Assembly (NCBI GenBank): GCA_018238155.1
Contig: JABCTZ010000036.1
Coordinates: forward strand, 160,001 to 224,000
Origin: Candidatus Heimdallarchaeota archaeon
GTDB taxonomy: Archaea > Asgardarchaeota > Heimdallarchaeia > JABLTI01
Length of the DNA stretch: 64,000 nt
Reading direction: 5' to 3'
The position numbers were made by a program, and so were the translations under genes. The notes under the pieces were generated by a model. It had not been told where the DNA came from. It saw only the letters and a list, made by a program, of their open reading frames with translations, and made no database searches. Shown in pieces: positions 49,618-59,953 of the stretch (positions within the stretch are counted from its first letter, which is position 1; the number at the start of each line of letters is the position of its first letter).

Positions 49618-50346
49618 TTATTTTATTTTTTTCAAACGTTTCTGCACTGCTTCACTCTGTAATTCCTTTAAAGCATCCTTAGCAACCCACTTTGCACTTG
49701 GAAAGTCCATGAGTAGAATCTCATTGCTAAACATAATTGCTTCTTTGTTTAGATTTCGGTTTCTTTTACCAATTTGTCTTAGAGCCCAGTTTACACTTTT
49801 CTTAACCATATTTCTAGGGTCTGATGCTCCCTTTTGTATCAAAGGCAGAAAAGAAATGAAAACAGCATCATCTGCTTTTTTATCACTAACGGCTAGTCTG
49901 GCGATTAATACATACCCTGCTCTTTTGACATATTCTTCTTCTCTTTTCGTCCAATCAATTACTTTCTGATAAGCATATTTTGTTCGTTCAAATAAATTCA
50001 TAATACACTGATCACAAATTTCCCAATAATCAAAATCGCTTGCCCATCCCTCTAGCTGAGTCTCAGTTACAAAATCAGGATCATCAATCATGCAAGCTAT
50101 GATTCTTGTTTCTCTATAGTTCAAATCCCATAAATCTAGTGCCAATTGATGGTCGATACCAATTTCTTTGGCAAGTTTACGGAGAATAGGAATTTTAATA
50201 CCAAAAGCATTTTCTGGAGTGATGCCATATGTTGCCATCCCTTCAATAGCTTCTGGATTCTTTAGCTCCTCCAATTTTTCAATAATTATTGCTATATTGG
50301 ATAATTTACTAATAACCAACTTTTCCACAAAACTCCTGCAAAGCAA
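49618..50346 (-). CDS. DNA alkylation repair protein (AlkD-like HEAT repeat)
   Basis: 'GIKIPILRKLAK', 'FDYWEICD', 'DPRNMVKKSVNWALRQIGKRN'. Confidence 0.85.
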   Translation of the reverse strand: MLCRSFVEKLVISKLSNIAIIIEKLEELKNPEAIEGMATYGITPENAFGIKIPILRKLAKEIGIDHQLALDLWDLNYRETRIIACMIDDPDFVTETQLEGWASDFDYWEICDQCIMNLFERTKYAYQKVIDWTKREEEYVKRAGYVLIARLAVSDKKADDAVFISFLPLIQKGASDPRNMVKKSVNWALRQIGKRNRNLNKEAIMFSNEILLMDFPSAKWVAKDALKELQSEAVQKRLKKIK

Positions 50347-50382
50347 AGAGAAGAAAATAATAAAAGAAGAATGTTTTATTAT

Positions 50383-50751
50383 TTATTCTTCTTCTTCTTG
50401 GCTTTCTTCAATGAATTTATTTAGTATCGTTTGGGCATCAGGAAAACTTTCATCTTCAATTTTGGCCATTGTCCCATTGCGACCTAAAGAAAGTTGAGCA
50501 CGACCTTGCCAAACGTTGGTGTATCCTTCCTCTATTTTTAATAGATCGCCAAAACTGACTTCATTAATTTTCGAACCCCAGAAACTCATTGTTGTAGTTC
50601 CTGTTTCGTCACCAACTTTGACATCACATACACGAGAATGACCAAATTTGGTTTTGACTGTTCTTGGTTCACCCTTTATAATAACTCGCACAATAATATT
50701 TATCCCTGGTTGTTTGATAGGTTTCAAATCTTTTACTTTAATAAATGACAT
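50383..50751 (-). CDS. Single OB-fold ssDNA-binding protein (archaeal SSB/RPA-like)
   Basis: 'KVKDLKP', 'VGDETG...FW', 'GDLLKIEEGY', acidic tail. Confidence 0.85.
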   Translation of the reverse strand: MSFIKVKDLKPIKQPGINIIVRVIIKGEPRTVKTKFGHSRVCDVKVGDETGTTTMSFWGSKINEVSFGDLLKIEEGYTNVWQGRAQLSLGRNGTMAKIEDESFPDAQTILNKFIEESQEEEE

Positions 50752-50906
50752 TTTACTTCCTCGGTTTAGTTCAATGTTTTTTATATTTATTATCTATATT
50801 GGAAATTACCTCTATTAGTATTTTCTGTAAAAATAGCTAATTTTCATTAACATTTTTTTCAACTTTTAAACGACAATTTTTTATTTAATACAGTCTCATT
50901 TTTGTA

Positions 50907-51437
50907 GTGGAGTGTAACTACTTGTCAAAAGATGAACAAAAATCCAAAGAAGAATTTTCCGCTATCTTTATGGGTGATTTTAGCACAATTATTGATGATG
51001 CCATAGACTTCAAAAAACAAGCGCAAGTAAATGGTTTTGATTTATCTGTGAAAGAAATTTTTACTCTAAAAGGAGAAGGAGCAATCGATTTTGATAATTC
51101 CAAAAGAGTTCTTCCAGAATACGAACCTTTAGCAAAAAAAGATGATGAATACTGGGAACTACAACCAGGTGCATATGTTATTCGCTACAATGAAATTGTG
51201 AGTGTACCTTTAAATGCTGTCGGAATTATTCAACCAAGAAGCACACTACTTAGAATGGGTGGAACAATAATTGGTGCTTGGTGGGACTCTGGTTATTCAG
51301 GCAGAGGACAAGGACTATTAGTCGTAAACCATTCTATAAAAGTATATCAAAATGCCCGTGTAGCTCAAATTGTTTTTCTAACTACTAAAAAATCATCAAA
51401 AGGTTATGATGGCACTTATCAGAATGAGAAGAAATGA
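50907..51437 (+). CDS. dut: Archaeal-type dUTPase (dCTP deaminase/dUTPase family)
   Basis: NGFDLS, PRSTLLRMG, WDSGYSG, RVAQ, GYDGTYQ. Confidence 0.82.
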   Translation: MECNYLSKDEQKSKEEFSAIFMGDFSTIIDDAIDFKKQAQVNGFDLSVKEIFTLKGEGAIDFDNSKRVLPEYEPLAKKDDEYWELQPGAYVIRYNEIVSVPLNAVGIIQPRSTLLRMGGTIIGAWWDSGYSGRGQGLLVVNHSIKVYQNARVAQIVFLTTKKSSKGYDGTYQNEKK

Positions 51438-51477
51438 TTCTTCTCCTCATTTTTTGAATTTTAAAGAACCTTTATAT

Positions 51478-51529
51478 AGTCAGAGGTCTGACTAAGATTA
51501 GAGGTCTTACTTAAGTGAGATGTCTAACT
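51478..51529 (+). promoter_or_regulatory. Three tandem 16-bp palindromic operator sites with 18-bp period
   Basis: AGTCAGAGGTCTGACT, GATTAGAGGTCTTACT, AGTGAGATGTCTAACT, directly after TTTATATA and upstream of the MMPL gene. Confidence 0.65.
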
Positions 51530-51591
51530 TGATATTTCTATTTATTTCACAGTAATTACAACTTTTTCAACAGGGGATTAACAAATGGCAA

Positions 51592-54500
51592 ATGAAACTA
51601 CGGTTGAAAAAACTTATGTGTAAAATCAAAATTAAAAAAGAAAAACTGGAACTAGAAAGTAAAATTACTGGTGATGGTTTAGAAAAGAAAAAAGATAACA
51701 AAGATAAAGCACCGAAAAAGAAAAGGGAAAAAGTTTTCTTTAAGAGGTTAGGTGAATTTGTCGTTAGAAGATATAAAATAATTCTAATAGTTAGCTTACT
51801 TTCTTTAGCATCAGCAATATATCCTGCATACCTTTTGCAAGGAGAATTGAAATACAATGATCAAGATTTTCTTCCTCAGAACCTTGAAAGCAGTATTGGC
51901 ATTCAAATTCTTGAGGATCAGTTTGATTCAAATATTTCAAGACTATCAACAATTATTGTTATAGATTCTGACGAACTTATTAGCTCGGAAGATAATCTTG
52001 CATATATTGAAGCTTTAACTCAAGGAATAAGCGATTCCAATTTTACGGATGATGTTGCAAGAGTTGATAATATCGTTTCAACTTTCAATGAGTATAATTC
52101 AACATACTGGTCTGAAATGAATCAAGCACAAGCTGTAATTAATGAAATGCTGGTAAATAATTTAACTTATGCTAATGCAGCAATTCACCAAGCAGCTCAA
52201 GAATTAAATACTACAATGAAACAAATTGCCGGTTTGTATCTAATGACTTGGTTTAACTTTTCACGCACTTATTATTATGGTCATTACGATTCGAATCTAT
52301 TCTCAGTTGGTCCTTTGAATTCAACAGTTTTACAAACTATTGCTTTAGATACTAATTTCACTACTGGATTTGCTATTGCACCAGAATATGTAAGTCTGGT
52401 TTATAATTATGCGAACTCCTTAGGAAATCATGCATTTGTAAATGACGTTGTTGTGAATGACTTTGCATTAAATATTGCCAATATGTCATTATTTTATGCT
52501 TCAAATATGACTCTTGAAGAGTATCAAGAACAGCTTTATCCATTACTTGACATGTATTACCAATATTGGAAACAAAGTTTTCAACAAACAATTACTATAC
52601 CAGGTGTAAGCATAGTTAATGGTACCTCATTGAGTGAAAATCTGTACGATAATTCCACAATACCTAATGCTTATGTCAGTCAAGGAACAACTTTAGGCTA
52701 TCTTCAGATGGTAAATAATACCGCATTTCAAAATATCGATATTAGAAACATGATACTCTCTCAAGCGAGCGAATTCTTTGATCTATCTGATCCTCAAATT
52801 ATGGCTTTTCTTAGTAGTGAATACTTAGAAACAATAATTGAAGCAGTGTATGATTTGGGACCAAATCCATCGCAACTTGCAATTCAAGCATTATCTTCAT
52901 CAATAACTGAACAGATCATTCAAGGAATAATTTTAGCCAATCCTTCCATTCCTTCCATTGAAGAATTTTGCACAAGTCCTCAAGTATCAAATATTACTCG
53001 ATGGTTCTTAAGTACAGATGGTAAGTGCTCTATTTACTTGGTATCATATGATGTTTCGAGATACTCTTCCATTGAAGAAAAAGATCGAGTATTAGTTGCA
53101 GCAGATAAATGGATAGGAGAATATTCTCATCAACTAATTTCTGATATGAATTTAACTCAAACGAGAATTTATCATACTGGTGAAATATTCATAACAGAGA
53201 GTATAACAACGTCCTCAGGAGAAGCTGCAGGTAGCATTGATATTTTTGCCGTTGTTTTTGTTGTAATAGCTTTACTACTTATTTTCACTAGCCTAATTGC
53301 ACCTCTAATCCCATTACTTACAATTGGAATTGCTATTGTAATCTCTTTTGCATTTCTCTTCTGGGTATCAAAAGCTATGGATATTCATTACTTAAGCACT
53401 CTCATTTTGACGATTATCTCATTAGGAGCTGGTGTTGATTATTGTATCTTTATTTACTCTAGATATACTGAAGAACTCAAAAGAGGTAAACCCAAAGAAG
53501 ATGCAGTAAAAATTGCTATTGAACATGCAGGAGAATCAGTTTTCCATTCCGGGTTAACAGTGATGGTTGGATTTGGAGCTCTCATTATACCTGATTTCCC
53601 AATGTTACGAAGTCTTGGTATTGCAATGTTAATTGGTGTTGCTTTTTCAATAATGGCTTCGATATTTATTGTTCCATCTTTGTTAATGCTATTAGGAAAT
53701 GCAGTATTTTGGCCTAAACAACTGAATACTATTCTTCGACCGCAAAAGTGGTTCAAGAAGAAAAAAGCTATAGCTATTGAACAACCCGAGGAACAATCTG
53801 AAAATGTTCCTGATGGTCAAGCAATCCAGAAGACCAAATTGATAGAAGAAGAAATTAGTAAACCAAAAAGAAAAGATAGTTTATCAATACGCATTGGAAA
53901 ATTCGTCACGAAAAATGGTCTTGCTATCTTTTTATTAGCAATTGTATCTATTGCTCCTTTGGTTTATTTCACCACACAAATGAAAACAAGTACTGATTTC
54001 ATGCGAATGATGCCTTCAGACTTTGAGCCTAGAGATGCTTCTGATATTTTGACTGAAAAGATGGATTATGGTAATCCAATAGCCGTTAAACTATTATTTA
54101 CAAATCTAGATCAAGAAGTCCTCTCTCGAGAGACACTTATTGACACAGAAAATTTATGTATACAAATCCTTTCACAAGAACATGTAAAGACTATACGGAC
54201 AGTCACTAGACCATTAGGTACAAATTCAACATCATTTGAAAATCCCGCAATGTATTCAAGTTATCTAAGTATAATGGATGATTTCGTAGGAAAAGATAAT
54301 CATACTTTCTATATGGAAATTTACTTAGATATTGATCCCTATTCAGACGAAGCAAATAATTATGTAGGTAACTTGCCTGATTTTATAGATGAAGCAATAT
54401 CTCAAGAAGATTTAACATCTCTTACAAACGCTGACCATTATGTCATGGGTGTTTCTAGAACTTTTTATGAAATGAATTTAGTAACTACTCAAGCATATCC

Positions 54501-55266
54501 AATCGTTATTCCTATCGTGATAATAGGTGTGTTTTTCGTATTACTCTTCCTGTTTGGATCCTATTTCACTCCAATTAGATTGATACTCACAATTGGTATG
54601 AGTATAGCATTTACTTTGGGGATGTTGTATCTAGTATATGGAATTGGTTTAGGCGCACCAATATTCTGGCTTCTTCCAATAATGCTATTTTCCATTTTAA
54701 TGGGGTTGGGCCTGGATTATGATATCTTCTTGGTATCTCGAATCAAAGAGTATTGCCAAGCAGGAATGACGGATAAAGATGCTATTATTCACGCTTTGGA
54801 TCATACTGGAACAATCATTACATCATGTGGATTAGTGATGGCTGCAGCATTCAGTAGCCTAATGTTCACTGAGCTCTGGCACATCAACGAACTAGGATTT
54901 GCATTCACAATATCAATCTTAATCGATGCGACAGTAGTTCGTCTAATTCTTGTACCATCAATAATGGTGTTATTGGAAAAATTCAATTGGAAAGGACCCA
55001 AAAGATTGCAAAAAGTACATCGCGATCCAAAAGTAACTGCAGTAATGAAAATTTTAGGTGATAATATCGGCATTGAAATTTTCAGTCCTGAATTAAAGAA
55101 ATCTCTTGAAGATATTGTCGATCAATCATCTTCTAGTACTACGGTTGAGGAGTTGATAGATAATATGCAACCAACATTGATACAGTATATCGATGAGAAG
55201 AAATTGACAACTGGAATAACTAATCTTATGACTACTAAATTGAACGAAATTGCATTGAAATCGTAA
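51592..55266 (+). CDS. MMPL/RND-family transporter
   Basis: Two TM blocks with GAGVDYCIFIYSRY and GLGLDYDIFLVSRIKE; large extracellular loops; exact start uncertain. Confidence 0.92.
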   Translation: MKLRLKKLMCKIKIKKEKLELESKITGDGLEKKKDNKDKAPKKKREKVFFKRLGEFVVRRYKIILIVSLLSLASAIYPAYLLQGELKYNDQDFLPQNLESSIGIQILEDQFDSNISRLSTIIVIDSDELISSEDNLAYIEALTQGISDSNFTDDVARVDNIVSTFNEYNSTYWSEMNQAQAVINEMLVNNLTYANAAIHQAAQELNTTMKQIAGLYLMTWFNFSRTYYYGHYDSNLFSVGPLNSTVLQTIALDTNFTTGFAIAPEYVSLVYNYANSLGNHAFVNDVVVNDFALNIANMSLFYASNMTLEEYQEQLYPLLDMYYQYWKQSFQQTITIPGVSIVNGTSLSENLYDNSTIPNAYVSQGTTLGYLQMVNNTAFQNIDIRNMILSQASEFFDLSDPQIMAFLSSEYLETIIEAVYDLGPNPSQLAIQALSSSITEQIIQGIILANPSIPSIEEFCTSPQVSNITRWFLSTDGKCSIYLVSYDVSRYSSIEEKDRVLVAADKWIGEYSHQLISDMNLTQTRIYHTGEIFITESITTSSGEAAGSIDIFAVVFVVIALLLIFTSLIAPLIPLLTIGIAIVISFAFLFWVSKAMDIHYLSTLILTIISLGAGVDYCIFIYSRYTEELKRGKPKEDAVKIAIEHAGESVFHSGLTVMVGFGALIIPDFPMLRSLGIAMLIGVAFSIMASIFIVPSLLMLLGNAVFWPKQLNTILRPQKWFKKKKAIAIEQPEEQSENVPDGQAIQKTKLIEEEISKPKRKDSLSIRIGKFVTKNGLAIFLLAIVSIAPLVYFTTQMKTSTDFMRMMPSDFEPRDASDILTEKMDYGNPIAVKLLFTNLDQEVLSRETLIDTENLCIQILSQEHVKTIRTVTRPLGTNSTSFENPAMYSSYLSIMDDFVGKDNHTFYMEIYLDIDPYSDEANNYVGNLPDFIDEAISQEDLTSLTNADHYVMGVSRTFYEMNLVTTQAYPIVIPIVIIGVFFVLLFLFGSYFTPIRLILTIGMSIAFTLGMLYLVYGIGLGAPIFWLLPIMLFSILMGLGLDYDIFLVSRIKEYCQAGMTDKDAIIHALDHTGTIITSCGLVMAAAFSSLMFTELWHINELGFAFTISILIDATVVRLILVPSIMVLLEKFNWKGPKRLQKVHRDPKVTAVMKILGDNIGIEIFSPELKKSLEDIVDQSSSSTTVEELIDNMQPTLIQYIDEKKLTTGITNLMTTKLNEIALKS

Positions 55267-55355
55267 AATCATCAAAACAATAATACTTCTCGTTATGAGA
55301 AGTCTTTTTTTTCTAATATTCAATACAACATAAATAAATGTCTAGAGGTCGCCTT

Positions 55356-55766
55356 CTAAAAAAAAAGTTCAAAAAGTTCCTCTATTTGCTTGAGTGCTCT
55401 TTTTGCAGGGATAACTGCTAGTCCGGCTTTTTTTGCTTTAATCCCTCTAAATTTCATTGCCATAGTAAAATTTTCTGAGCGAGCAATTAATAAACTTCCT
55501 TGCTCTGTTCTTATATTCATATGTCTGAAAGTATCTTCGGGATTGCCTTCAATGCTTTGTAGAGCAAGCAATGTACTGATACTCTTTATTGTGTCAATTA
55601 GTAGGGCTGCTGTTCCTTCGACATTTATAGAACCTTTATGCTCGTGTACACTACAACAAGGTAATCCTTCTTCTGTTGTAAGAACTATATCTGATGAGCC
55701 TGCTCTGTCCATCAAATCACGGAGAATTTTTTCCGTTAGCTCGTTTATTGAAGCACTTTCATCCAT
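55356..55766 (-). CDS. Roadblock/LC7 domain protein
   Basis: Helix-'IVLTTEEGLP'-'TAALL'-'MNIRTEQGSLLI'-'GL'-helix pattern. Confidence 0.72.
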   Translation of the reverse strand: MDESASINELTEKILRDLMDRAGSSDIVLTTEEGLPCCSVHEHKGSINVEGTAALLIDTIKSISTLLALQSIEGNPEDTFRHMNIRTEQGSLLIARSENFTMAMKFRGIKAKKAGLAVIPAKRALKQIEELFELFF

Positions 55767-56163
55767 ACCAATACCCCGAATTATAATAATTAATTTGCTC
55801 TCTTAATTTTTTAACTTTCTTCAAATAATCAAATTACTTCTTACTATAATTAGTTTTGTATATAATCAAAAGTTGTATGCGATGGATCAAATTCATCCTT
55901 GGGATTTTTAAGGTTGGAAATATGAATTTTAAATTTTGCTTTTTTTTGGACAATGGTTAGAAATTAATCAACTGAAATTTATTAAGTATAAAAAATTTTA
56001 AAAATAAAATACAAGAGGGATAGCTCCTCTTATTCTCTTTTCTTACGGTTGAATTATGTAAAATTTCTGAAAAAAATCATTAAAATTTAATGATTAAAAC
56101 AGAACGATTTTTTAGCGCGCTTATAAAAAAAAAAGACTACTCTTACACAAACTCCTTCACTAA

Positions 56164-56919
56164 CTAAAATAATAATGGATAAGCAAGCTCGTGCAAGATT
56201 TCATATTTCTTTGGATCAAAATCTACTTCATCTAGTAATTCATTCAAGTAAGTGTACTCGAATTCATTTAATGCCACTGGGAAACTCTTCTTATCAATTT
56301 CCTCTTTTTGTATAGCAAAGAAATTTAGTAATAACGGACCAAGATATCCTGTTTCTACATAAATTTGAACTATCCAGTGGAAATAATGCATTAGTTCTTT
56401 CAGCGTTGAATTTTCGATTGCTTCTGCAATGATACTATAAGAAGTCATCAAAGCTGCCCTTCTAGTGAGATAGTCTTTAGTTTTTCCTACAGAAATCAAT
56501 GCCGCTAATAGTTTAAGATCTGCCCAACTTGAAAGTGCAATAATAACTGCATATTGTAAATCAGCTTTACTTTCTGTCAGAATCTTTAGCAATATTGGAA
56601 GAGAATCGCTATGACCTATTTTTCCTATTACTTCAATTACAGCGAGTTTTTTCGCTAGAGAATCTGATTTGAGTTCTATATGCAGTTGTTTTACTAAATC
56701 ACTTGAGGGTTTCTTCTCGTATACTCTAGCAATAGCCATTGAACAAGCATTTCTAACATTCCATGATGGATCTTCTAACCCGTCAAGTAATTTATCAAAG
56801 GACGCTTGTCCGCCAACTTCGAGAAGGGTTAAAGCTCCTTTAACACGATCAATCTCTTTTTCTGAGGTTAATCTTCTCTTTGCTATTCCTCTTTGAAATA
56901 CTCGTTTGATAAAAGCCAT
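56164..56919 (-). CDS. HEAT-repeat protein
   Basis: 'LLDGLEDPSWNVRNAC', 'VIGKIG...LPILLKIL', 'DYLTRRAA'. Confidence 0.8.
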   Translation of the reverse strand: MAFIKRVFQRGIAKRRLTSEKEIDRVKGALTLLEVGGQASFDKLLDGLEDPSWNVRNACSMAIARVYEKKPSSDLVKQLHIELKSDSLAKKLAVIEVIGKIGHSDSLPILLKILTESKADLQYAVIIALSSWADLKLLAALISVGKTKDYLTRRAALMTSYSIIAEAIENSTLKELMHYFHWIVQIYVETGYLGPLLLNFFAIQKEEIDKKSFPVALNEFEYTYLNELLDEVDFDPKKYEILHELAYPLLF

Positions 56920-56921
56920 GA

Positions 56922-58520
56922 TTAACTGCTCTCCTCTTGTTGAGTAACTATCTCATCAATCAATACACGAACTGAAGCTAGCTTTGATTGACTCATTTTG
57001 TTCAAATGGCTATAGTCAACTTCCTTGCGTATTTTTGAAGTCCCATATAGCACACCTGTTGCAACACTAGTTTCTTTTTCTTTTGCTTGTTCTTCTTTTT
57101 GAGCTCTAACGAAATCTAACAACTCTTTTGAGATATCAATTGCTCGAGTGTAAATTGGAATGTCCCACGGTGACATTGGATTGTCATCTAGACTGCCCAC
57201 TGAGAGAAGTGTTCCCACAACCATCCTGTCTAATTTTTTAAACATAATAATATCAGGGAAACCTGGTGTTGGCATTTTGAAATTTTGACGATAGAGCAAA
57301 CTGTGGTTATGAAGTATTAGTAACTGTTCCAGATTAACCGATTCATCATCAATTTCGAATACGTAAATTGGTTTTGAATCAACTTTAACATAGCCAAAAA
57401 ATTGGAATGCTTTGCTACTTTCTAACCATTGACCAACATTGACTACTTGGAAACGATGAACAAATTTAATGTAATCATCAATCTGATCCCATTCTCTTTC
57501 GTAGATATTCCATGTTTTTCTCCAATATCCAGTTGAGTCTGCATGCCAGTAGACATTTGTAGATTGAGTTCTATCTCTAACGTCCTTGATGATTTTTCTT
57601 GCTTCTGGACCCCCACCTACTTTATTAAGAAGGTCGAGATCACCGTTCATTTTAAGAACTTCTTGAATGATTTCTCTTGGTTTATCCAATTTATCTTCAA
57701 AAGCTCTTTTGATTAGTTCAAGAGAGAAATGGTTCATTGGTGGTCCATAAATTGGTTTGAGTAAACGTGGCAGTGTATTGAATTTGTATTCTCCTTTTTC
57801 GAGAATTTTTGTGGCTATTTCTGTATGGATGTAATTTGCAAAGGCTTCTATTAGAATCCCAGTAAGATTCTTCTTTTGCACAGCCTCTGCTCGCCTGTTA
57901 AGAAAAGTAATTATTTCCAAAAGAAAGTTCTGGAAAAGGGATGTTTTTCTTGAGCTTTCAGGTGGGAGATAAAAATCTTGTACTCCAAATGTAGAGAGGA
58001 GGCGTATAACAGCGATCATATCTTGGAAATAAGCCAAACCCCAACCTATTTGACGATCTTCTTTCAAGCCATAAGCATTATTCATCATTAGTTCCTTAAT
58101 GATCATATCCATACGATAAATTTGTGTGAGCATTTCACTATCATTTGTAGCAGATTTTTCAGCAAAATATGCATGAGCAAATGCATGAATAAACATAACT
58201 CTCAAAGAGAAATCTCTTTCAGGGCTTCCTTCAAGTTCGAAGGGAAGACTCAAGTAAATCATTGTAGGCTTACTTGAGAAAACTGAAATACATTCATCTG
58301 CCAAGTAATTCCTCGCTCGAGATTTTCTCAAATTTTCAACCATTTCTTGGGAAAGCACCGCATGTGGGCTTCCACCTAATTCCATTACTTGGTAGAGACT
58401 ACTGTGAAGCTCTGGATCAATAAATACTAGTACTTTATAGTCTTCTGGTGTTTCACCTACAAATTCCTCGAAGTCTTTTCGAGCTTGTTTATAGATTTCA
58501 ACTACTCGTGGATTGTCCAA
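56922..58520 (-). CDS. Divergent SpoVR/YcgB-like protein (zincin-like HxxxH...E without catalytic Glu)
   Basis: 'IHAFAHAYF' and 'IEAFANYIH' parallel SpoVR H-x-x-x-H-x-x-FF and NEGWASYWH; follows AAA+ and vWA genes. Confidence 0.55.
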   Translation of the reverse strand: MDNPRVVEIYKQARKDFEEFVGETPEDYKVLVFIDPELHSSLYQVMELGGSPHAVLSQEMVENLRKSRARNYLADECISVFSSKPTMIYLSLPFELEGSPERDFSLRVMFIHAFAHAYFAEKSATNDSEMLTQIYRMDMIIKELMMNNAYGLKEDRQIGWGLAYFQDMIAVIRLLSTFGVQDFYLPPESSRKTSLFQNFLLEIITFLNRRAEAVQKKNLTGILIEAFANYIHTEIATKILEKGEYKFNTLPRLLKPIYGPPMNHFSLELIKRAFEDKLDKPREIIQEVLKMNGDLDLLNKVGGGPEARKIIKDVRDRTQSTNVYWHADSTGYWRKTWNIYEREWDQIDDYIKFVHRFQVVNVGQWLESSKAFQFFGYVKVDSKPIYVFEIDDESVNLEQLLILHNHSLLYRQNFKMPTPGFPDIIMFKKLDRMVVGTLLSVGSLDDNPMSPWDIPIYTRAIDISKELLDFVRAQKEEQAKEKETSVATGVLYGTSKIRKEVDYSHLNKMSQSKLASVRVLIDEIVTQQEESS

Positions 58521-59895
58521 GTCTCATACTCTCCGTAATGATGGTTTTTGCTAGTACATCCATCCTTGATGGATTAATTATTACTGGATATGCGATACCT
58601 CGCAGGGCTCTTCTTGTATCTCTCCAGAGATCCGTGTGTCGTAATCGCTCTGATCCAATCATAAAGTAGGATACTTTCCAAGTTCTACTTCTGTCTCTTA
58701 CAACTTCTCTAAGTAAGCTGTTAAGTTCAATGTAACAATTCCGTGCAACAGGATCTATTACTTCCCGTTCTTCTTCAAAATAATGCGATAAACTTGTTGA
58801 TGGTTTTACATTATATCCCGGAATCAGCTCATTTGGGCGTCCATCTGTGACAATGATGATGTGGATGTCTCTATTTTGAGTGTTTTTCTTAATACGCGCA
58901 TGATCTATTGCTGCTCTAATTGAAGCACTCATTGGAGTTCGTCCTTTCGCTTGTGCTGTTAATAGAAATCGTTCCAATTCTCCTTCTGAAGAAACTATTC
59001 GGCGATTCTTGGAAATAGGAACAACTGCAGTTCTGAATGCTCGCTGGTTTGTTCTTCTTGATCTGCCTTGTTTCTTCAAGTAATAGAAGATTGCCAGAGA
59101 AGTTAAGAGAGCACCTTCAAGTCTAGAAAAATGTGTTCCTTGTACTACATTTCTCATAGATTGAGAAATATCAACAGTAAGATAGATCTGTGCATTTCGA
59201 TCTTTCTTCATGATGACGATATCATCTGTATCAATAGATTTTGGTGGAATAGATTGGGAGGTAAGAATTGAGTGTTCGAATGTCTTCTTTTTATGGATTT
59301 TACCTCGAGGTCTGACAATTGTTTCATTTACAGGCCTAGCTGGTAATTGCCTAGTTAGCCAGTTACCAAGTTGGTTTCCTAAGAAATCCATGACTTCCTC
59401 ACGTTTTATCCTCATCTTATGACCAAAACGATCAGTAATTTCAATGTCTGTTAATTCTTCCAGAGTACGTAATGACTCTGTCAATTGTTTTTTGTAATCT
59501 GCTGTACCTTCGAATCCTTTCAGATGTTTTTGAATAAAGGACTCAATTTCCTCTTTCGTTTGCAGTTCACCCATGTTAACTTTCAATAGAGCATCAGGTA
59601 AAGCTTCATTGCCTAGATACTCAAGTATTTCAAGTTCCCGGATAAGATCTTCTTCTTCCATGGGTTCCATTGGTGTAACAAGCAATCTTCTGCGGATATT
59701 TTTTACTGCAACAGCATTCTCAAGAGACATACCTAAAACTAGGGCTTCTCGAGAGCTTTGCCCTTTACGGGGGTCTCGCCATTTTTGCAATACGCTTGCA
59801 GCATCTGCGAAGTCAAACACAAAATCGGGGTCTCGCCAAAGTGTCAATGGATCCGAAAATCTCTCTCGAGTTATCATGTGTAATCTATGAGGCAT
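58498..59895 (-). CDS. von Willebrand factor A domain protein
   Basis: MIDAS DISQS, TP, IIIVTDGRPN. Confidence 0.85.
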   Translation of the reverse strand: MPHRLHMITRERFSDPLTLWRDPDFVFDFADAASVLQKWRDPRKGQSSREALVLGMSLENAVAVKNIRRRLLVTPMEPMEEEDLIRELEILEYLGNEALPDALLKVNMGELQTKEEIESFIQKHLKGFEGTADYKKQLTESLRTLEELTDIEITDRFGHKMRIKREEVMDFLGNQLGNWLTRQLPARPVNETIVRPRGKIHKKKTFEHSILTSQSIPPKSIDTDDIVIMKKDRNAQIYLTVDISQSMRNVVQGTHFSRLEGALLTSLAIFYYLKKQGRSRRTNQRAFRTAVVPISKNRRIVSSEGELERFLLTAQAKGRTPMSASIRAAIDHARIKKNTQNRDIHIIIVTDGRPNELIPGYNVKPSTSLSHYFEEEREVIDPVARNCYIELNSLLREVVRDRSRTWKVSYFMIGSERLRHTDLWRDTRRALRGIAYPVIINPSRMDVLAKTIITESMRLGQSTSS

Positions 59896-59953
59896 TGTGT
59901 ATGCGCTCCATTTCTTGTAAATATTAATAAATATCCAGTATTTCCTGGATATT

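Noticed and set aside
51478-51529. Tandem repeats as a mini-CRISPR array
   Set aside because: 16-bp units with only 2-bp spacers and no cas genes; fits operator sites
55390-55806. 138-aa plus-strand ORF and similar antisense ORFs in the track
   Set aside because: Shadow ORFs antisense to better-supported genes
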